A stretch of DNA of 64,000 nucleotides. It comes from Utricularia gibba. Its lineage: Eukaryota > Plantae > Magnoliophyta. The stretch spans positions 2,232,001 through 2,296,000 of the forward strand of contig CM007991.1 in NCBI GenBank assembly GCA_002189035.1, written 5' to 3'. The notes below the pieces were generated by a model. The model had not been told where the DNA came from and searched no databases. It saw only the letters and a program-made list of their open reading frames with translations. Positions within the stretch are counted from its first letter, which is position 1. Each line of letters begins with the position of its first letter. Both the position numbers and the translations under genes were made by a program. Of this stretch, positions 1-16,000 are shown piece by piece.

Positions 1-1
1 A

Positions 2-286
2 TCGGTCAACTTGGGTTCGAACCTCCCCGCTCGAGCAGAAGTAGCGATACGAAGAAACACGACCGGTGAGCCGCAGCTGGTGGGGGAGCCAACAGGGGAG
101 TACTACGATGTCTTCCTTGTGTTCGGTATCATAGACATTCTTCAGGACTACGACATCGGCAAGAAGCTGGAGCACGCCTACAAGTCGTTCCAGCACGATC
201 CTACGCTGATCTCCGCTGTAGATCCCAGGCAGTACTCGAGACGCTTCCGTGACTACATACTCAAGGTATTCGCACAAGACAACTGA
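2..286 (+). CDS. PIP5K: Phosphatidylinositol-4-phosphate 5-kinase, C-terminal end (gene truncated by window edge)
   Basis: ORF encodes the PIP5K catalytic C-terminus FGIIDILQDYDIGKKLEHAYKS...ISAVDPRQYSRRFRDYI; stop at 284-286. Confidence 0.95.
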   Translation, partial: SVNLGSNLPARAEVAIRRNTTGEPQLVGEPTGEYYDVFLVFGIIDILQDYDIGKKLEHAYKSFQHDPTLISAVDPRQYSRRFRDYILKVFAQDN

Positions 287-789
287 TGCCGCTGTACACA
301 CTTTCCGGCCACCGGACGTCAGAGCTTCACGGCCTGCAACCTGTAACCGCCATACCTAATGCAGAAGCAACAATAGCGTTCTAGATGTAAGAAGGACGAT
401 AAGCTGAGGGCGAGGCAGATATTTGTGTGACAATATCTTGATTTTTGAGATTGTAACACCTTTATTTTTTTAAAAAAAATTATCACATTTTTTATTTTGT
501 AAGGTATATGCTAATAATCTCATTTAAAAAAAAATAAAAATCACGCTAACAAATGCATTAGGCTAAAACGAATCCAAGTAAATGCAACAATGTTCTGCCA
601 AGCACGCAAGGGGCTCCTTGCCCTAACTCTGTCTTCTTCAATCTACGAATCTCGACGACGCATACACACAGGTTGCTTCTCGTCCATCTTCCGCTTCCAA
701 TGGCGGTGGATTTAACATTAGCATGCCGCCGCTACTGCTGATTCGGCTGCTTACTCGAAGATTAGTGTCGGTATAGAAACACAGGGAAC

Positions 790-3700
790 CTACTGATGAG
801 GATGAGGAGCTCCCGACGGATTGCCGAAGCCACTTTGCTGCTGCACAACGAAAGATGAAGAATGTATTGGCATGGCGAAGTACTTCGAAATTAGGTAATA
901 TGTCTAAGAGCAGCTGTTGAGCAAAAGTCCGATGTCTAGATCAACTAAACGTATTAATCTTGTGGAAGAATCGTTTTAAGGAGGTGACCAAAAGATTAAG
1001 ATGAAGGAACCTGATATGGATTGATCCCTGGTATGATCGGAGGCCTATTGAAAGAACCTCCTTGTTGATACACTGTACTGCCAGCGCCGCCGCCACCCGG
1101 GGGCATATTCCCAATAAAGTGACCCTGAGACAATAAAGGAACCTATGACTCATCCCACAATGCAAATGATTATGCACAAAGCTGTTCTCACCATTTGACC
1201 AGGCACTTGTCCAGGGATGGAAATCGAGGAAGCAGCATTTGAGGGCATACTATGTAGTTGCATCTGAGGTGGTCTTGGCAAATGTGATTGGGGAAAAGGT
1301 AAATTCGGAGCTTGTGGTTGAGCCATGTTAGGCGGATGAGGCATTTGCTGATATGGCTGTGGTTGGTTGCCCAAAAGAACAGACGCATGAGCAGCAGGTG
1401 TCAAAGAAGGTTGCATCGGAAGGGATGATTTCTGCTCTCCTTGGGAAGAACCGAAGGATGGAATAGTAAGAGGCATTGCTGCTCCGATACCTGGGATTGT
1501 TCCTTCATTCCGGACCAATCCAGGCCCAAATGATCCAGGAGCTGTGGGGGCTCAGGCATTGGATAAGGGACATTAACCCGACCTCCGAGAGCAGGATTCT
1601 GCTCCCCATACCCTGAAATTGAAGCATAACATATTCCACCTAAGATATCATCTCAAATGTACAAGGGAAACACTACACAGTTTTGATCTAGTGCATCGAA
1701 CTATACGGATTTTGAAGTTGCTAGCAGTACTTGGGTATGAAAGTAAGACGAACCTTGATTAGGTCCCACACTAACTTTATCGCGCACAGGATCACCAGGC
1801 CGATTTCGGCACCAAAATTTTGTTGCATTATCATGGCCACCACTGCATATACTCAAAACTAGTAAGTTCACTGTTGTTGATTTTAGAATGCTTGCAGCAT
1901 GTATTCTTGCGGATAACAAAAAACTGATGTAATAAAAGAATCCTACTACCTGCAGAGAAGATAACCAATAGGATGCCATGCAAGATCCCAAATGCTGTTA
2001 TCATGGCCATTCTGAATCTCAACTTGCGGATTCTCATGGCTGCAAGCAGAAATAACACGCTCAATAAGTATGTCCAACAAGATTCCAGACAGAAACTAGG
2101 CATAAATGCATTGGAAAATCCAGTTTCCCTTTAGCCCCACAGATCCATATCCAAATAGGGTTAAAAAGTATCCTATACAGAAGTAAGCGAACGTCTTCTA
2201 TTACGAAGATAATGATTCCAAAAACATCAGCAACACACCGGTGAAAGATGGTTTTATAGAGATACACTCACCCGACAAGCCAATGGAAAATTGATCCATC
2301 AAAACTTCCACTAACAAAGTATTCTTCGTGAAATGGATGCCAAGCCAACACTACGAATCAAAAACATGCAGAACACGTTAATGCAAGTAGGGAAGCAGAG
2401 AGGGGTAGATAAACATTACGGAGTGTGACAAGATTGCATACCATTGACATCTTTCATGTGTCCACGGAAAGATTCAAGCTCTTTCATCACCCTTATGTCA
2501 TAAAGCTGTAGACAAATGGAATGCACATGTCTAAGTGGAGGAACATCTTAACTTCAGAGAAAAAAGCTGACAAAATTAACCTTAATAATTTGGTCTTTTG
2601 AAGATGTCAAAACCCAATTGCCGTTTTGATTCCATTTCACACAAAGAACAATGTTCTTATGACCATGGCTGCCAATGCATAACATTGTCCATTTCAAGGG
2701 TGAGAATTTAGAATCATGATCCATTGAAGAAAAGAAAAGGAACCACATCAGTGAATACTCACAATGAACAGAGCTCCTTTCCTGACTTGGCATCCCAAAG
2801 TTTCACAAGGTTGTCTTTTCCTCCTGTGGAAAGCCATTTAAGGTATATGCAGTAGGACATTTTAACCTAAATTTTTTCTGCTGTATGGAATTAGAAACCA
2901 CAAACCTGAAACCAATAACGATTTTGTAGGATGCCAATCAACACACTTGACATCCCATCCATGGCCTAACTGAGTTCAAAAGGACAAAAGACAAATTAGT
3001 AGGTTAAATGCACATCTCTGGTTGCTACGTCATAACTCTACGCATTTAGCACAAATAATCCATGAGCAGCATAAATGAAAACCACCTCAGGAGAGTCAAT
3101 GAATGCATTATTTTTTAGAAATCTAGAAAACCTCACATAGTTGCAAAATGATTTCATCATATTTAAAAAAACAAAAGCACAACTGAAATAAAATAAAAAT
3201 GAGAACATTACCAGACAATAATCGTTCTTCTTGACATCTTGCAAAGTCCCAGACTTTAACAGTAGTATCGTCAGAACACGAGCAGAACTTCAAATCTGTC
3301 CTACAGAAGCTGGACATGTGGTTGAAGAGCAGTCATGAACTTCCCGATATGACTAGGCAAGAACATTGTTAACATCATACAACAAATATAAAATCTTCAA
3401 AGCCTCCGAATGCATAACCCTATTGCTTTTAGAATTCTGGTTAAAAGGTCGCAAAGGAAATAAGCCAACAGAACTAACGAGCACTCAGAAAGCATGAGCA
3501 CATGCTTAAAAACCAGAAACAATGTAGCAGAATATCAGTATACAGTTGATGTTGCACCTTAAACCACGGACTGACTCTTTATGTGCTGATTTATTTGCTT
3601 TTACGTTATTCATGTTGGGAAGCCAGTACCTACAAACGGATGACGTCAACAGACAGTCAAAATAACAGGAGTAAAACGGGAATCAGACAAAAAGTTAAAC

Positions 3701-5696
3701 TTGCACGTGAGTTACTTTATGGTGCCACCATCATCCCCAGTAACCATCCAGTTTTCATTGTAACTCCATACCATAGATCTGACTGCTTGCTCATGAGCCT
3801 ATGACAACAAATCAACAATAACACTTCCTTTCCCATTTACTTGATTTCATAGACAGAAAAACAAGGGCTTCGTGGGAATTATGATAAAAAAACTAAGTCT
3901 AGTAATGATTGAGAAGCATTAATTTCCAAGTCCAACACATGATGTATAATTAGCTTCTCGTTTCTAATTAAAAATCAAAGGTTCTTGAAAAGCACCTGTA
4001 GAATCATTTCGAAATTAAAGGACTGCCCGTTCCATAGTGTGAATTCTCCACTTTGGGATCCAGTAATAAGACGTCGCCCACTCGGAGTCCACTGGTGTAA
4101 ATTTTAAATGAGAAACAAGTAAATGGACATACATCACAGCAACATAGCATAAAAGTATATGATTATGGAAATGAAGTCCATAAGCGTTGCACTGTTTATG
4201 GAATCCTTCAGAAGAGGGGCTAATGAATGGAAAATAATCAACATATTACATCTGAAAAATAACTTAATATTGTACATACAGACAGAAAAACATGAAATAA
4301 AGACTGTTGCTCAGATGTGCATTGTTCCTATTACCAAAACTCGATTGATTGGGCATCGATTCTTGTTTAAAGACGTGTGGACAAACTTTGCAGCAAATCC
4401 AGTAGATGGGTTATGTTTATATGCTACAGGGGGCAACATCTGCATCCACGATAAACAAAGGAATTAAAAATCAGGAATCTGAAAAAATTAGAGAATATAA
4501 AGCTACCCTGAGCATGTTAAAAAACTTCAAATGTATGACATCTAATGCAGCAAAAAATCTCTAAAAGTGTTCCTACAAAAAGTAACGTACATCAATAGCT
4601 GCCACTGGGTCAGGCTGCAGAGTAGTACGGTCCCTGGAATCTCGCTGAAACATGCGAGTCTGCATAAAATAGCAAAATAGTTGCTCTAAAAAACACTTCA
4701 AAGATACTGGAAAGGAACAAAGACATAAAAAAGACTAGCTAGAGAGCGAGAAGGAAGACAATATGAACCATAAAATTGACCATTCACTAGCTGGCTGACT
4801 CTCTCACTAAGACCTAAAATGCCAAGTGATATTAAAAACATAATCTCATTGGGGATATTACTCGTAATCCAACACAGTCACAGCTGGTTATTGAACGAAG
4901 TAAACTTAATAAAAAAAATTATAAGTCCAACTGCTACCATGATGGGGATCCCCTTGTTTGTACTCGTTTATACACCATGTAAGTTAATAGGATCACTGAA
5001 TAGACGGGCAAAAAAGAAAAATAAAGACTTTTCATTCTAAAATAAACTAAATAAAATCATAAATTAAATTCCATTATGCACACACACACACACACAAATG
5101 TATCAAAACATGAAAGTGATTCAAAAAAGATGAAAAGATACCTGTATATACCGCACGACAGTGCTTGTATAATCAACTGCTCGTCTTTGGCCCACTTTCC
5201 TCATCCTTTTTATCGCAAAACTGTCACCATGAGCTGCAATTTAATTTAGAACCAGCGTGAACTCTGTATCCACATAATGCAACACAAACAAGACCATGCG
5301 GCACCACCATACAAGCAAGCATATTTGTGCCATGAAATCAACCATTTGAAATCTTTCATCAAACGCGCACCATACAACTAAAGATCACAACAGCCAAATG
5401 GAAAAGGAAATGCACTGTTAACCATCGAAAGGCTGCTGCATGGGAGGAAAAGGAGGCTGAGCACTTGGGTGTTGCTGATGGTGCCTGTAGTCATGCGTAG
5501 AGGGATTAACCGTGGTGGAGGAAGCAGACGGCTGTCGATTTAATTGAGGAGGCGGCGGCAGGCCACGTGGATGTTGCCCCCGAGGGAAGTCGTGTGGCGT
5601 GTGTTGGTGTTGGAACTGATGGGCATTCGGCGGTGGCTGCATCGGCGGCCCCGGCGGCGGACGCTGCTGGTGCTGAGGATCTCCACCGTACATCAT
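790..5696 (-). CDS. FY: FY / WDR33-Pfs2 WD40 mRNA 3'-end processing factor (about 18 exons; apparent 1-nt frameshift at 1546-1550)
   Basis: Hand-spliced exons give [112 protein letters not shown]. Last exon [19 protein letters not shown] at 790-792. Confidence 0.95.
5079..5096. repeat. (CA)9 microsatellite in FY intron 2
   Basis: cacacacacacacacaca read directly. Confidence 0.9.
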
Positions 5697-6227
5697 CGGG
5701 AAAACTTGGTGAATCCAAGAAGCGGGAATTCCGAGCCCGCTTATTAGGGTTCTACGGTTTCTGTCGAGTCACACAGCTCCCAAGCCAACCGTTGGAATTT
5801 GGGCTGCAAAATAAACGAATTATTAATTAAAGACAATATAATAAAACATTGCTAAAAATTACCTTTAAAAATATCTTTTTTATAGAATACTTTTGACTTT
5901 ATTCTTATTAAAAAATATTTTTATTTCAAGAAACTATAAAATTCAAATCAATTAATATTTTTCAAAAATCTATATCAAATGAACCTAAAAGTCTATTTGA
6001 TACAATTCCAAAAAATAACTCTAAAAAATGATTTTTAAGTATTTCAATTTTTATTGAAATAAGAATATTCTAATTTTTTTAAAAAAATCGAAACATTTCA
6101 TTATTTCAAACATAAAAAATCACTTTTTATTTCACTCGTCTTATTAAATTCGCTGCCATGCCGGAAATTCTACTGAATCCAGGAAGGTAAAACAGTGGAT
6201 TTTGCTCCCTTCCAAGGGTTGCAGTTT

Positions 6228-8380
<2,153 letters not shown>

Positions 8381-9172
8381 CGGAATCTCGAAATACGAAA
8401 CCTTGCTGATAAGGGTGGCAGTGGCAGTGGCAGCTGACTAACGCGAGAAATGGGTTGAACTGCTTGAAGTTCAAGCACACAAAATCATACATTTATTTAC
8501 GTTTTTTTTTTTTAGAAAAAATGATTAAATAATAAGTAAAAATAAATTCTATTAGATAGTTGATTAGGAATAAATACATAAATGATTTCCAAAACCAACT
8601 TATTTAAAATTTTATTATGGAAAAAATAATTGAAAATAAATAGCACACTGCTACAAAAATAAACAAAAGAATCCATTGCCATCGGTGTAGGCAATCACAA
8701 GGCCCTCCTTTACTTGCCTCCCTCTATTGATGCATATGATACATAAACGCAACATTAAGATCTTTCAAAGGGAACACCAACCAATTCATATATCTTCAAT
8801 ACTGCAGACACACAACAACAGCCAGTTTCCAAGTGAAACAGCCACCTTTATTTTGATGGAGTCTGGGCAGCTTCAGCTTCAGAGCATCATAAATCTAAAC
8901 AAACGCAAGCTTGATCACAACAAGGCAGATAGCGACTTCACGTGGATGAAGCAGAAAAAGCCAGCAGACTGAGACACACACGCAGAACCAACAGAAACTT
9001 CATGTTTTGCTGATGAGTATTTTCAGTTCAAGAGAGAATGGTGGTTGTGTTTTGACTCCATGGTGGTAGAGAGAGTCGTTTCCTGACCAATAGTGCACCA
9101 TTCATGCAGTAAGGATGTGTGATAAAAGAATCACCAGATAAAAAGATGAATAGTGGTTATTTGCATACTTCT

Positions 9173-12100
9173 TCAGTTGCAGGCTTTAGCTTCCATTCCC
9201 ACCCTGGCTTGATGAAAAGGAGAGCTTCCAGACAGGTTTTCACTGGAGAACATGCTAGAAGATTTCCTCCCACTGGAAGATGTTGTCTGACTGCTTTCGG
9301 AAACATTTAGCAAGTGCCCATTCGCTATGCTTTCTGAAACATTTAGTTTACCGGACAAGTCAACATGGAAAAGCAAGCGTGCCACAATCCGATCGATCGG
9401 ATTGGTTTCAGTCTCCATATCAGTCATCTTAGCAAATCTGTGCAAAACATTAAAGAACAATGTGTTATTACTCAAGAAATGGCGCACAACAGATTAGTCC
9501 TTCACTTGGACCTGCATGAGAACTGGGAAACTCGAATATCAACAACATGATGCAGTTGCCACAGACGTCTTCTAGTTATCATGTGAAAAAACAATTTGCT
9601 TGATTCACAGCTTCCTTTCAGAGAACTTCTATCTGAAATGAATTATAAATGCTATACTATAAATTTGCTCAAATTCATAAGAAAATGTTTTTCACTTCCC
9701 TGTATTTAGAAATTCATTGAAGCGCAGAGCTGAAAATACATAAAATAAGAGATCATGCCATAAATGAATAAAAAACTCCAGTGTCTTAACAGGAGCAGAT
9801 CAAAGCCAAAATACTGAACAAAGGAAAGAGTGCAGCATGTGTAACTAACCGCTGATTCTTGATCATATCTTTGTTGCTGCAGGCTTCATCCTTACTGCTG
9901 GCACAAGTACTGTTTGTATCATTAGGATATTGCCTTTGCATAGCACTTTTAGCAAGTCGAAACAAACTATCCCGAATACTGTGTCTTATTCGCATGTCCA
10001 ACTGTAGAGAGCCAGAGTTGTCCATCACTTCTCCATATAATCATAAAACCATCCACATGCTCAACTGGATCCAGAACTAACCTTAGCAATAGTTTCCTGG
10101 AGTCGGTATAGTATGGATTCCTCCACTGAGCAATTGCCGATGACCATATTGACAGTTCTCAGATCATCCTTTTCTGTCACTGAACTTCCGTCATGGATAG
10201 GCAAATTGCTAACACTTTGAACAGCTGCTACTTTTCCTCCCTCCAAGCTTAAGTCCTCAGATACTGAAGTCTGATTGTTAAAATGCATCTGCTGCTTCTG
10301 AATGGCAAGAATTGCCCTCATTTGCTGCCTTCTTCGTAGCTTTTCAATCTTTTCTCTTGGTGTCATTGGAGGGGGTTTTCCAGGAGCATCCCCTGATTTT
10401 CTGGAGGAATTTGCACTGATTGGTGGAGCTTGATAACCAGAGGATAACAGGCCAGGATAATAGTTCATCATGCTCCCATCCACAGGAGGGTCCAAATTTA
10501 CACTAGAGAGGTGCTTTTGTTGAAAAAGCTGAGAATTCTGAACGGATGGGCTTTGCTGATCAACTTCCAAAGAAGCGTTGACCATTGAAGGCACAGAATG
10601 AATTTTAGTTCTCCTTTTCCGGTATCCCTGAAAACATAAAATGTAGGAGAGCAAGAAGTTCTCTATAATGGAAGAGAAAGGATGGAGAACATCGTCAGCT
10701 CATAATGATCTGAGTATGATGATTCTAAAAAACCCCCACTATAATTACATCATTACATATGAATTTGATGAGAAGCAAGATAAGTGGCTAATCATAGCAT
10801 ACGGAATAAATATGGCACTTTCAGCTATTGATAACTGGTTATTTCAGAGGAATCAGGGAAATTACTTTTTCAAGAGCAGCATTACGGTTTGCAACAGTTT
10901 TGTTATCCAGCAGCTTTTGGGATTCTTGGATCCTTCCTTCAGTCTCAAAAGTCTGAGAAAGGGTCACAAAAGACCAAAAATCAGAAGAACTAAAATTCGA
11001 GCACAAACCATGAGGTCATCAACCAAACCTCCGGAAGTCAGAGGAAGGAGAGAAGATCCAACAGACAGTGTATAGAAATTACCCCTTGTAACTTTTCTTT
11101 CCCTACTAGACTATTTTTACCTCCATGATGTTCAAGGATATCTGTACTTGCCTGTACATTCTGCAGGGTTTCGTGTTTCATTTTTCGATAGCCAGAAGAA
11201 GATTGGCTGGGGTATAGCACATTGTGATCTGTTATCTCAGAGTGATCCTTTGAATCACCAGAAAATGGAATCAGTTTAAGAGGAGCATCAGTAAAATCTT
11301 TGGAGGATGACCATAGTGCATCAGCATTTGAGTCGGCCAAGTTTCCAAAGATTGTGTCATTGCCACTGCAGGATCAGCAATGTTAGATAGGCATTCTAAA
11401 AGGAGAGAGACAGATATATTGATCCATACCAGATTACCTAAACACCCTATCCAGATCCTCAAAGCTCCCTATATTTGCCCATCCATAGAAACCATTATCT
11501 CTATCTTGTTCATCATCAGCAGCTTTTTCAAACATTTCAGAATTTCTGTCCAACTCAGACGCTTCATCTGCAGCAACAAATACAAGGCACCCTGATTAAT
11601 CCATTAAAAAAGGTTGAAGTTAGACAAATAAATTTGTCTCAACTCCTACAGAACTGTCTGAACCTTCTCTTAAGTAGCTAGATTCATCAGTGCACACGGA
11701 ATCCTGTGCCACCTTTGCAATATTTGGTGGCGACGGGTTAGCAGGAGTAGCCCATGAATCATGACAGAAAACTAAAGCACGTTCACCAACATCATCCACT
11801 GAAACTCTGTCTAACTTGATCCCATGCGCAGATTTACAACTAGATTTTTTCCCCTCAACTGTATTAGTACCTGAAGTTTGCTCATGTGTTCCCTTCTTAC
11901 AAAGATCTTCAATTTGAACAGAAAATGGATCATTACAGTTTTTGCTCTCCCAATCCTCACCCCATATGATGTTCAGCAACTAAAAAATAATAGAAGAGTT
12001 AAGGATATGATAATTTTTCTAAATCAAACATCAAGACTATGTACTAAGAGGCATGCGCTAAGATCTGCATTAATATCTCTACTCCTAAAGGCACATAAAT

Positions 12101-12362
12101 GACAAGCTTTCCCGTGCTTCTAATTTCTCATTTACTTCTTAATCTTCAAGAATACGTTGAAACACCAGCTTTACGTTTTATTTGTTCAATATTACCCCAA
12201 ATCTTCCTCAGTTAAATTTACTAAAGGGAAAAGAACGCTTCACCGAAACTAGAAGAAATATCAGCTATAAAACTTCTAGCTTTAGCAAACCCAGCAACAA
12301 AACAATGAAGAAACGCAAACAATAAGTCAACGGCATACCTCTTCGTCGTTCCAATCAAACAT
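9173..12362 (-). CDS. LNK2: LNK (night light-inducible and clock-regulated) co-activator, LNK2-like
   Basis: 24-nt first exon MFDWNDEE then LLNIIWGE; GWANIGSFEDLDRVF; MTPREKIEKLRRRQQMRAILAIQKQQ; IRDSLFRLAKSAMQR; ETETNPIDRIVARLLFH. Confidence 0.9.
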
Positions 12363-13021
12363 TTCTAAGTTAGAAAGAAAGCTCTAAATCCCACAAATCC
12401 AAACCGGCAGCGGAGGTATCGGCACGAACTTAATCCAAACATGGCAAATACTTCACCCCAACTCAAAGACCACCCACGAAATCGCAGCCAAACGGAAGCT
12501 TCATCCAATGAAACCCATCACAATAATCAAGGATTCATAACAATTAGAAATTCTGGTATCCTTGTTAAGCTCCAAAAGAGAGATTTCCACAGTAGAGAGG
12601 CGCTGCTTAGAGACGGGAGAAGTGGAAGACGACGCGGGACCCCGCCTTTCACGTGAAATGATCAGTTTTGAGGAGTAGAATTCATTACTCTTTGTGGCTG
12701 AGGTGCCGCGCATCTATCTCTGCTTTCTCATTGGCTGCGGCAACCATTATTAGGTAAGTACTGAAATACCCCTCCCAGCCTTATTTGGGCTTACGAACCA
12801 CTGTACCAACCTGAAGCCCAGGCTCAGTATCAGAAATTGAGGGATTTTTTAATTATTTCCAGTAAATTATCCATTAAAAACCTTTTAAAAACCAAATGCA
12901 AACTGTAATTTATACCCAGACTTCGGAAATTCAAATTCCATTGCCCAGCGCCAGAGGCTGATCCCGAGGGCCAAAAGCGAAGAAGAGCATTTTTTCTGCT
13001 CTAGTGCGATTAGTCTCTGAG

Positions 13022-16000
13022 ATGGCGGGAGAGGATCGCAGCCAGCCGCTGAGCCTCAATCAGCGCCACAGTCGTTTTCTTAGCAGCTTATCGGCTTCTC
13101 AATCTCAGCGCAAACAAGGAGACCGTGGGTTTTCTTTTTTCTTTTTTTGTATTTCTCGATGATAATACCTAACAGGTGTTTGGGCTCTTGATTTGATGTG
13201 ACAGTGTTTTTGTCTCTTTATTTGCTTCGTGGTTTTCTAGTGGGTAGAACCGTACTGGGTGATGGTACACTATCCAAGCTCAAGCTTGATGACGACTCGT
13301 GTGAATCGATTAAAGGGAACACTGGTTTTCCAAGTTTTGATCTCAGTACTCCTTCGCCATCCTCTGAGGGTATTGACTGCTCTGTAGTTTTTCTTCTTGC
13401 TTCTTCGGCTGTCACCACATGTAATGGTTAGAATTTTGTTAGAAAAAGAAGCCCGATTTTCTACAACAGCAGCCTTGTTGTACTTTACCGATTGTCTTAT
13501 TCTCTGTTGAATGATATGAAGATCCTCCAAAATGGGTATAGGTGATAAAGCCATTGACAAAGATTCCAGCTTTTCAAAAAGAAATCCTGTATCGGATGAC
13601 TCCTTTGGAAGACCTTCCTGCGGTCCAGGTATAATTTGTGATTATGAAACCAACCCACGAGTTTACGCTTTATTTTCTTGTGTCATCATCCTGTAGCTGA
13701 TGGACAAGTCAAGGATACTGAATTTGGGTGTGACAAAGGTTTCGAAAAAGAAACGAATTCTGCATTCATGAATTCTTCACAATCCGGTTGTAAATTTCAA
13801 GGTAATTCTGATTAATATGCTATTACGACATTGTCATTTCTATTAATCATTTATATGGGGTTTGCTGATGAATGAGCAAATATATAGGAGAAGGGAAGCA
13901 AATAAAAGTGAGAATTCAAGGTAGGCAACGACTCTGCAGAATCTCAAAGGATAATGATAATGCAGAAATCACTAGGAAGGACGTTGCTAGAGGCAGGGAA
14001 CCCCAACTTGAAGAAGCCTTTGATTCTAGTTCATCTCTTCACGTGAATGAGTCATATGAAAATCAACCTGATGAAACTGGGGATATATGGAACGAGTTGA
14101 CCTCAAGACTTGGGGCATTGTCCATTGAGAAGACTAGGACCGACAAGAAAATCGACGTGAGCAACCATCATCAGTTTTTGGGGAAAAGTGCTCTCAAGGA
14201 TGATACTGTTAAGTCAGAATTTCCAAAGTTTGAGGCTACGACCTATGTTCTTTCATCTGATTCTGAGGAGGATAAAGTTGAAGCTTGTAAAAATCTTAGA
14301 AAAGATAAACCAACACTTACACAAATAAATAGGAGATCTAATGAAGAATTCGGTGATTGCAATGCATTGGGAACTCATGCGAGTGATTTCATTTTGAATG
14401 GTCCAAAATCTGTATACAAGCTTCCAGGGAGAATTGCCAGAATCTTATATCCTCATCAGGTTGAAGGACTTAAGTGGCTTTGGTCTCTCCATTGCAAGGG
14501 AAAAGGTGGTATTCTGGGTGATGATATGGGCCTTGGCAAGACAATGCAGGTGACAGTAATCCTTTGATTTAGAAGATGACTTCGTGGATGATCATTCTTA
14601 TACATGGGTCTTGTTGCAGATCTGTAGCTTTTTAGCTGGTTTGTTCCATGAAAATTTGATTCAGAGGGTTTTGGTTGTTGCACCAAAAACATTGTTAACA
14701 CATTGGTTAAATGAACTATCTACAGTTGGCCTTGCTCAGAAAACAAGAGAGTGAGGCATTACTGCTTTTATCTAGTAACTCGGAAGGGCATGTTACTTAA
14801 TGCCAATTAATATAGTCGGAAGCTATTTTCTTTTGTAGGTATTTTGCAACTTGTCCCAAGACTCGACATTATGAACTCCAATATGTCCTTCAGGTTGCCT
14901 TTACTTGCACACTGATACCCACATGCACACAAAAGATTTTCAAAAGCATGATTAGGTCACTACGATGAACCTAAACGCACTTTATTTGTTCTGTATGAGG
15001 AAACTGGTAATGAGGTGTTAATGCAATCTCAAACTGTTCAAATATGCGGTTTTGTAAATTGGAATTGGCAAATTGTATATTAGTTTGAGCTTAGAGCTAA
15101 TGAGTTAGGTCATTAGGCCCCACCCAAGTGTGCGTTTGATTTTGTTGTTTTTCTCCCTTTGTATTCATATGGTTCTTATTCCATTTCTTATTTGCAGGAC
15201 AAGGGTATACTTGTGACAACTTATGATATTGTGCGGAACAATGTGAAATCTTTATGTGGAAATTATCATTACAACAATGGTGGAGATGAAGATGAAGTGA
15301 CATGGGACTATATGATTCTTGATGAAGTAAATGTTTATTTTTTTTTTTTTACTTGCTTCCATTACCTATTGCTATTTGCAAGAATCAGTATTGTTGATCT
15401 TCAAGAAATATATAGGGTCATCTTATAAAAAATCCAAGCACACAAAGAGCAAAAAGTCTGCTTCAGATACCCTGTATTCATCGAATCATCATTAGTGGTA
15501 CACCAATCCAGAACAATCTAAAGGTATTAGGTACCGCTGGTTTATGCACAAAATTTTTATTCACTGATATTGGATATGCTATTTTTTCTAAATCTAGTTG
15601 ACGAACAATCATGTTAATATTTTTTTTTTATTTATTCTTCTTTTTTCTTAGGAACTATGGGCACTTTTCAGTTTCTGTTGTCCTGATCTGCTTGGTGACA
15701 AGAAAGAGTAACCCGTTTGACTTTTTTAATTTTCCCTTGTTGAGTTATGCTACTTTCGTTTTTTTAATTAATTGTTCTTAAGGTTTAAGGAAAAATTTGA
15801 GAACTTCATTAATAGAGGGAATGAGAAGAATGCCTCTGATCGAGAAAAGTATATTGGTTCTTCAGTAGCGAAAGTGAGTTTATTTAGGTTTTTCATCCGC
15901 TTTTTCTTAGTAAATTAGTGCAGCTTGAGTTTCAACAAGGAAGTTCATATAAATTATCTACATTTTGTTCTAATTCTGTATGATATAGTATTCCGGCTGA

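Noticed and set aside
13-28. GGTTCGAACC T-loop-like motif suggesting a tRNA
   Set aside because: It lies inside the PIP5K coding frame, with no cloverleaf or A-box.
11998-12005. TCCTTAAC U12-type branch-site motif in LNK2 intron 1 (minus strand)
   Set aside because: The donor is GTATGCCG, not the U12 consensus RTATCCTT, so this is an ordinary U2 intron or a coincidence.
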